Assembly: GCA_965219995.1 (NCBI GenBank)
Contig: CBDCOX010000002.1
Span: 3,712,001-3,776,000 of the forward strand
From: Candidatus Latescibacterota bacterium
GTDB taxonomy: Bacteria; Latescibacterota; UBA2968; GCA-2709665
DNA length: 64,000 nt
Direction: 5' to 3'
Shown one piece after another: positions 60,586 through 64,000 of this stretch. The notes beneath the pieces are model-generated. The model made no database searches. It was given only the letters and a program-made list of their open reading frames with translations, and had not been told where the DNA came from. Numbering within the stretch: the first letter of the stretch is position 1; each line of letters starts with the position of its first letter. The position numbers and the translations under genes were made by a program.

Positions 60586-61909
60586 GATCCCAGACCTCCC
60601 TACGTAAACTGTTTCGCAGCAACTCGGCACCCATACTTCCATTCAAAAAATCGAATGACCGGCTGCGGACTTTCTCGTTGAGGAACGCCGCCATCCTGTA
60701 AAGGTCATGGTACTCGTATCGGGTGATTCCGTTATGCTCGGCGAACGGAAATCTGTGAGGGGACAGATCAGCGTACGAAAGATCGTCAAGATACTCCTTA
60801 TGTTGTTCGTACAGTTCTGTTCCCGGCGTTGCGGTGTATGGCTTGAGGATGACACTTCCAAACGTCCTGAGAACGGTGAAACAACGATGGACGATCCCTT
60901 CCAGGGTTTCGCCAGGGCGCCCAATCCATACGAATCCGCAAGTCCTGTTTCCGTCCGCAACATCAATCCCCGCTTCCAGTAGGTGGGCTCTACACTGCTT
61001 GTATACGACCTCGTCTAGATCCAATTCCTCCTCGGACTGCTCAAAGTGAAGCTCCGCGAACGTACGATCTGCGAACATCCTCGCTAAGTCTGGTGTGACC
61101 CGTTCGGGATGCAGCCCTGACACCGCATGAAACTGCAGATGTGGGTGGAGTCCCTTCGTACTCTCGACGATCTCTCGAAGTAGCTTGCCCTTGTCGCGAC
61201 AAATGTCGTCCTCGGCATCAAACACGGCAACGCGAAATATTCCAAGATCGATTGCTTCCCTAATCGTGGGAATGGCCGTAGCTGGATTGAGAGTAATCGA
61301 AACGAACGACGGTTTTTCGCCTTTGTAGAGCTTCAGTGATGATCCATTGTCGGCATGCCTAAGTGGCGTCCTGACGAACAAGTCGGCATCACAAAAGTCT
61401 ACTGCGTTGTCCAGCATAAATCGTGGGTAATTGCCCAGTACCGCCAGTTTCGCGTCTGGAAGCCAAAGGCGTAGCTTCGTGCATAATTGGTGAATGCTGG
61501 CGAACCAATAGCTGCACAGCGAAGTAATCCACACTTGAGTTGGCTCGTTTCGCTCGCCTTCAGCACGTCGCTCGACGACCCAATCCTTGAGTGCGTCGAA
61601 TGGTTTTCCGAATCTCCACATTGGATATTTGTAAGCAAATTGACCATTGCCGACTTGCTTGTATCTCTCTCGCCCGTTCAACGCTTTTTTTTGTACGCGG
61701 CCTTTGTTGTTCGGCACCATGAAGTCAAACAGCTCAACTCCACATCCCTTGCTGTTGTTGAGATACGCCCCAATTCCGAGTAGGTCCAATGGTTGATTCC
61801 ACTGCAGCCAGCTATAGCGTGTCTCGAACACTGGCGGGTTTACCAGCAGTATCCTGTCGCGCTCTTCGACTTGGTTCAGTAGTATTTGTCCTGTGACAGA
61901 ATTAGTCAT
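60554..61909 (-). CDS. Degenerate B12-binding/radical-SAM-like paralog lacking CxxxCxxC
   Basis: ILLVNPPVFE...PLDLLGIGAYL, PTQVWITSLCSYWF, VLGNYP, FVWIGRPGE, YTATPGTEL. Colinear with the downstream radical SAM but without the cluster-binding motif. Confidence 0.8.
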   Translation of the reverse strand: MTNSVTGQILLNQVEERDRILLVNPPVFETRYSWLQWNQPLDLLGIGAYLNNSKGCGVELFDFMVPNNKGRVQKKALNGRERYKQVGNGQFAYKYPMWRFGKPFDALKDWVVERRAEGERNEPTQVWITSLCSYWFASIHQLCTKLRLWLPDAKLAVLGNYPRFMLDNAVDFCDADLFVRTPLRHADNGSSLKLYKGEKPSFVSITLNPATAIPTIREAIDLGIFRVAVFDAEDDICRDKGKLLREIVESTKGLHPHLQFHAVSGLHPERVTPDLARMFADRTFAELHFEQSEEELDLDEVVYKQCRAHLLEAGIDVADGNRTCGFVWIGRPGETLEGIVHRCFTVLRTFGSVILKPYTATPGTELYEQHKEYLDDLSYADLSPHRFPFAEHNGITRYEYHDLYRMAAFLNEKVRSRSFDFLNGSMGAELLRNSLRREVWDLEAFPLSVID

Positions 61910-63893
61910 TGGATTGCATCGTGAAAGACAATAGTGTCACGGCCATTTCCATCATCTGTTCGGCGTCGCCTTCCGCCGCTGTGCGTGCCAATACCAATGC
62001 CAGAGCGGTGCGTAGGAATCCCCGCTCGTCCATCTGGGACTCTGCAGCATGGCCCCAATTAACGAGAATTCTGTCCCGCTTGAAGTCCATTTCAGCGATG
62101 GGTTGGCTCGCCGTGCCCTTCTTGTGTACGACGTCGAACCGCCGCTTGAACAACATGATACCGTTGTCCCATTCAGGTCGCGATACGTCGATTGTCACCT
62201 GTTTTTTTTCATAGTCTATTGTTGCTGCTTCCGACTGACGACTTGCCTGATTTACGGCCATACCAGCCACTTTGTTGGGAACGCCAAATCCTGCCGGCTT
62301 CGCAGATGCTAACCCGTTCGGGCGCGGGCTGTTCGACTTGAGCATATCTCGTATCGCGTTGGCTTGTCGTCCGCCTTCGGTCATAAGGTGAGTTATCCCC
62401 GCCGACACATCATCCATCGCACGCCGGATGTACGCCGCGCGACTCAACGTGCTATTGATTGACGACCTCGCTTGGCTTCGTTTCAAGACGGCGTCGATGG
62501 TCCTGCCGAGATATCCGCCAACCCTTTCACCCTCTCCCCGGAAATACTTACGCAAGGCGAGAAAATCACCACTCTCCTCGTAAAAGCCCTCGCGACCTGG
62601 ATTGATCGCATCTACCGCGTCCAAGCCGCTCAGCACGTTTATCTCACCCGTGATCTGGCTCAATGCGGCCTTATGGGCTCCAGTAAGAAGGAATTCGGCG
62701 CCGAGAAAGGTCGGATCGCCGATTGCGACACCTTGGACACGTATAGAAACGCCTCGATACTCGGCCGGGAATACAACGCTTTCGTAGCCGAGAAGGAATC
62801 CTTTCGCGATAAGACCACCCTCGTTTATGTCTACTGCCGTGATCATATCCTTGTATAGCGTCGCTGCGTCCGGTTCGAACGGATAGAGTGGACGAGCCAG
62901 CTCTCTCTCCGAATTGCCGTGCCGGAGTGTCACTTTTTCCAGTGTGGGTGGCGATGCATCCTCCAAGAGGGCTTCAAGATGTCCAGCTTGATCTGGCGCC
63001 GTCGTGTACCCGATTGGTGTACATCGTGACAAATGCCACTCGACCTGTTCAAAGCCGCTGCGACTGGCAACATTTCGAACGAAGCCCTTCCGGCGCCCGG
63101 CTCGGAGTTCGCGCTTTACAAACGGCTTGAGTCCGTCTATTGCGACCGTTGTCCCTCCCGTCGATTCCCGCTCCAGCTCTTGAATTTCGATCAACGCGAA
63201 ATCGGACAGTTTTTCAAGGTCGGCAGAATCCGCGAGCTTGAGCAAGCGATCAAAGTCCAGAGTCGCTCGAAAACCCAACCTAGTGCAGTCGATGTCAAAT
63301 TCAATGTCAACCTCACCTAAATCCTTCTTGAAGTCGAGACGACCAGTCTTCGCGTTCAACTCGTAGTCGGTTGCATCAACCTTCAGCCGTTTTCCAGATT
63401 GGATCACCTTGAAACTGCACAACCTATTGAGTAACTGCGGGTCAATGGGTACGCCCAGAGCGCTGACGAGATCTATGGCCGGGTATGCCTTTACGATCGA
63501 ATGTGTCCGTTTGAACTGACGAGGACTGCTTGAAGTGATGATCATCCGGTGGCAGTAGCGTGCGAGCGCGAGGAATCCTATCCCTTTGTTCCCGATGCGG
63601 CTTCGATTTTTCTTTGGCGTCCTTTCCCCTGACCATTTACGACTGCTGCCGCCGATTCGAGTGAAGTCGCATCTGAACTCAAACGGACTCATCCCGTTGC
63701 CGTCATCCGATATCGTGGCAGACGTGAAGTCGTCAGCAAACTCGATCGAAACTTCTGTCGCGTCGGCATCGTAGGCGTTACTGACGAGTTCCTTGAACGC
63801 TTTGACGAACGGCTTATAGACGCCGGACAGCTCTCGAAGAATCGAAGGATCTACGCCGCCGACGCTCATTCCTCGGTTCGATGTCTTTATCAT
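61902..63893 (-). CDS. GHKL (MORC-like) ATPase
   Basis: FKELVSNAYDADA, ISDDGNGM, IGNKGIGFLA, GTTVAI, transducer motif GEINV...INPGREGF; the stop overlaps the next start (ATGACTAA). Confidence 0.88.
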   Translation of the reverse strand: MIKTSNRGMSVGGVDPSILRELSGVYKPFVKAFKELVSNAYDADATEVSIEFADDFTSATISDDGNGMSPFEFRCDFTRIGGSSRKWSGERTPKKNRSRIGNKGIGFLALARYCHRMIITSSSPRQFKRTHSIVKAYPAIDLVSALGVPIDPQLLNRLCSFKVIQSGKRLKVDATDYELNAKTGRLDFKKDLGEVDIEFDIDCTRLGFRATLDFDRLLKLADSADLEKLSDFALIEIQELERESTGGTTVAIDGLKPFVKRELRAGRRKGFVRNVASRSGFEQVEWHLSRCTPIGYTTAPDQAGHLEALLEDASPPTLEKVTLRHGNSERELARPLYPFEPDAATLYKDMITAVDINEGGLIAKGFLLGYESVVFPAEYRGVSIRVQGVAIGDPTFLGAEFLLTGAHKAALSQITGEINVLSGLDAVDAINPGREGFYEESGDFLALRKYFRGEGERVGGYLGRTIDAVLKRSQARSSINSTLSRAAYIRRAMDDVSAGITHLMTEGGRQANAIRDMLKSNSPRPNGLASAKPAGFGVPNKVAGMAVNQASRQSEAATIDYEKKQVTIDVSRPEWDNGIMLFKRRFDVVHKKGTASQPIAEMDFKRDRILVNWGHAAESQMDERGFLRTALALVLARTAAEGDAEQMMEMAVTLLSFTMQSND

Positions 63894-64000
63894 TCTACAT
63901 TACTCGCTTCTCAACCGTGGGGGGAGCATTGGAAGAAAAAACACCGTTTCTTTTTCTCAGGCAAGCGGAATCTGGCTGGGATATTGTCCCAGGTTCGCGC

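Noticed and set aside
60586-60642. N-terminal extension of the radical SAM ORF (MEVWVPSCC...)
   Set aside because: It overlaps the upstream gene by 89 bp. TTG 60585 has a GGGAGG RBS and starts at the homologous domain boundary.
55771-63893. Assigning the cassette to BREX, DISARM, Dnd/Ssp, Dpd or Mza, or to a RiPP/natural-product cluster
   Set aside because: Their hallmark genes are not seen in the window (PglZ, helicases, PAPS reductase, TGT, Z1/AIPR, precursor peptide, transporter).

Overview
GC-rich bacterial genomic window. Three PhyH-family dioxygenases, sterol-type enzymes, a PQQ-like beta-propeller and a ceramidase-like hydrolase suggest a marine or sponge-associated heterotroph (inference only). 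Most of it is metabolic and transport genes: an RND efflux operon, a Rieske / GPP34-P450 / SDR cluster, a TetM-like GTPase, an ABC importer with an enolase-family dehydratase, GGT with an SSS symporter, and katG-bcp. These are interleaved with several families of dispersed intergenic repeats. Two genes that the ORF track splits or truncates read through an in-frame UGA followed by a SECIS-like hairpin. They are probably selenoproteins with non-canonical redox motifs: a UGSC-like protein with U-C-G-A and a peroxiredoxin-like protein with U-R-R-S. The best candidate for an undescribed system is the AT-richer five-gene minus-strand cassette at 55771-63893. In order it encodes a MORC/GHKL ATPase, a degenerate B12-binding radical-SAM paralog, an intact B12-binding radical SAM, a second MORC/GHKL ATPase and a SAM-methyltransferase-like protein. 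This looks like a nucleic-acid modification or anti-phage system. No rRNA, tRNA or CRISPR array was recognised. All family assignments come from motif recognition by eye, not from database searches.
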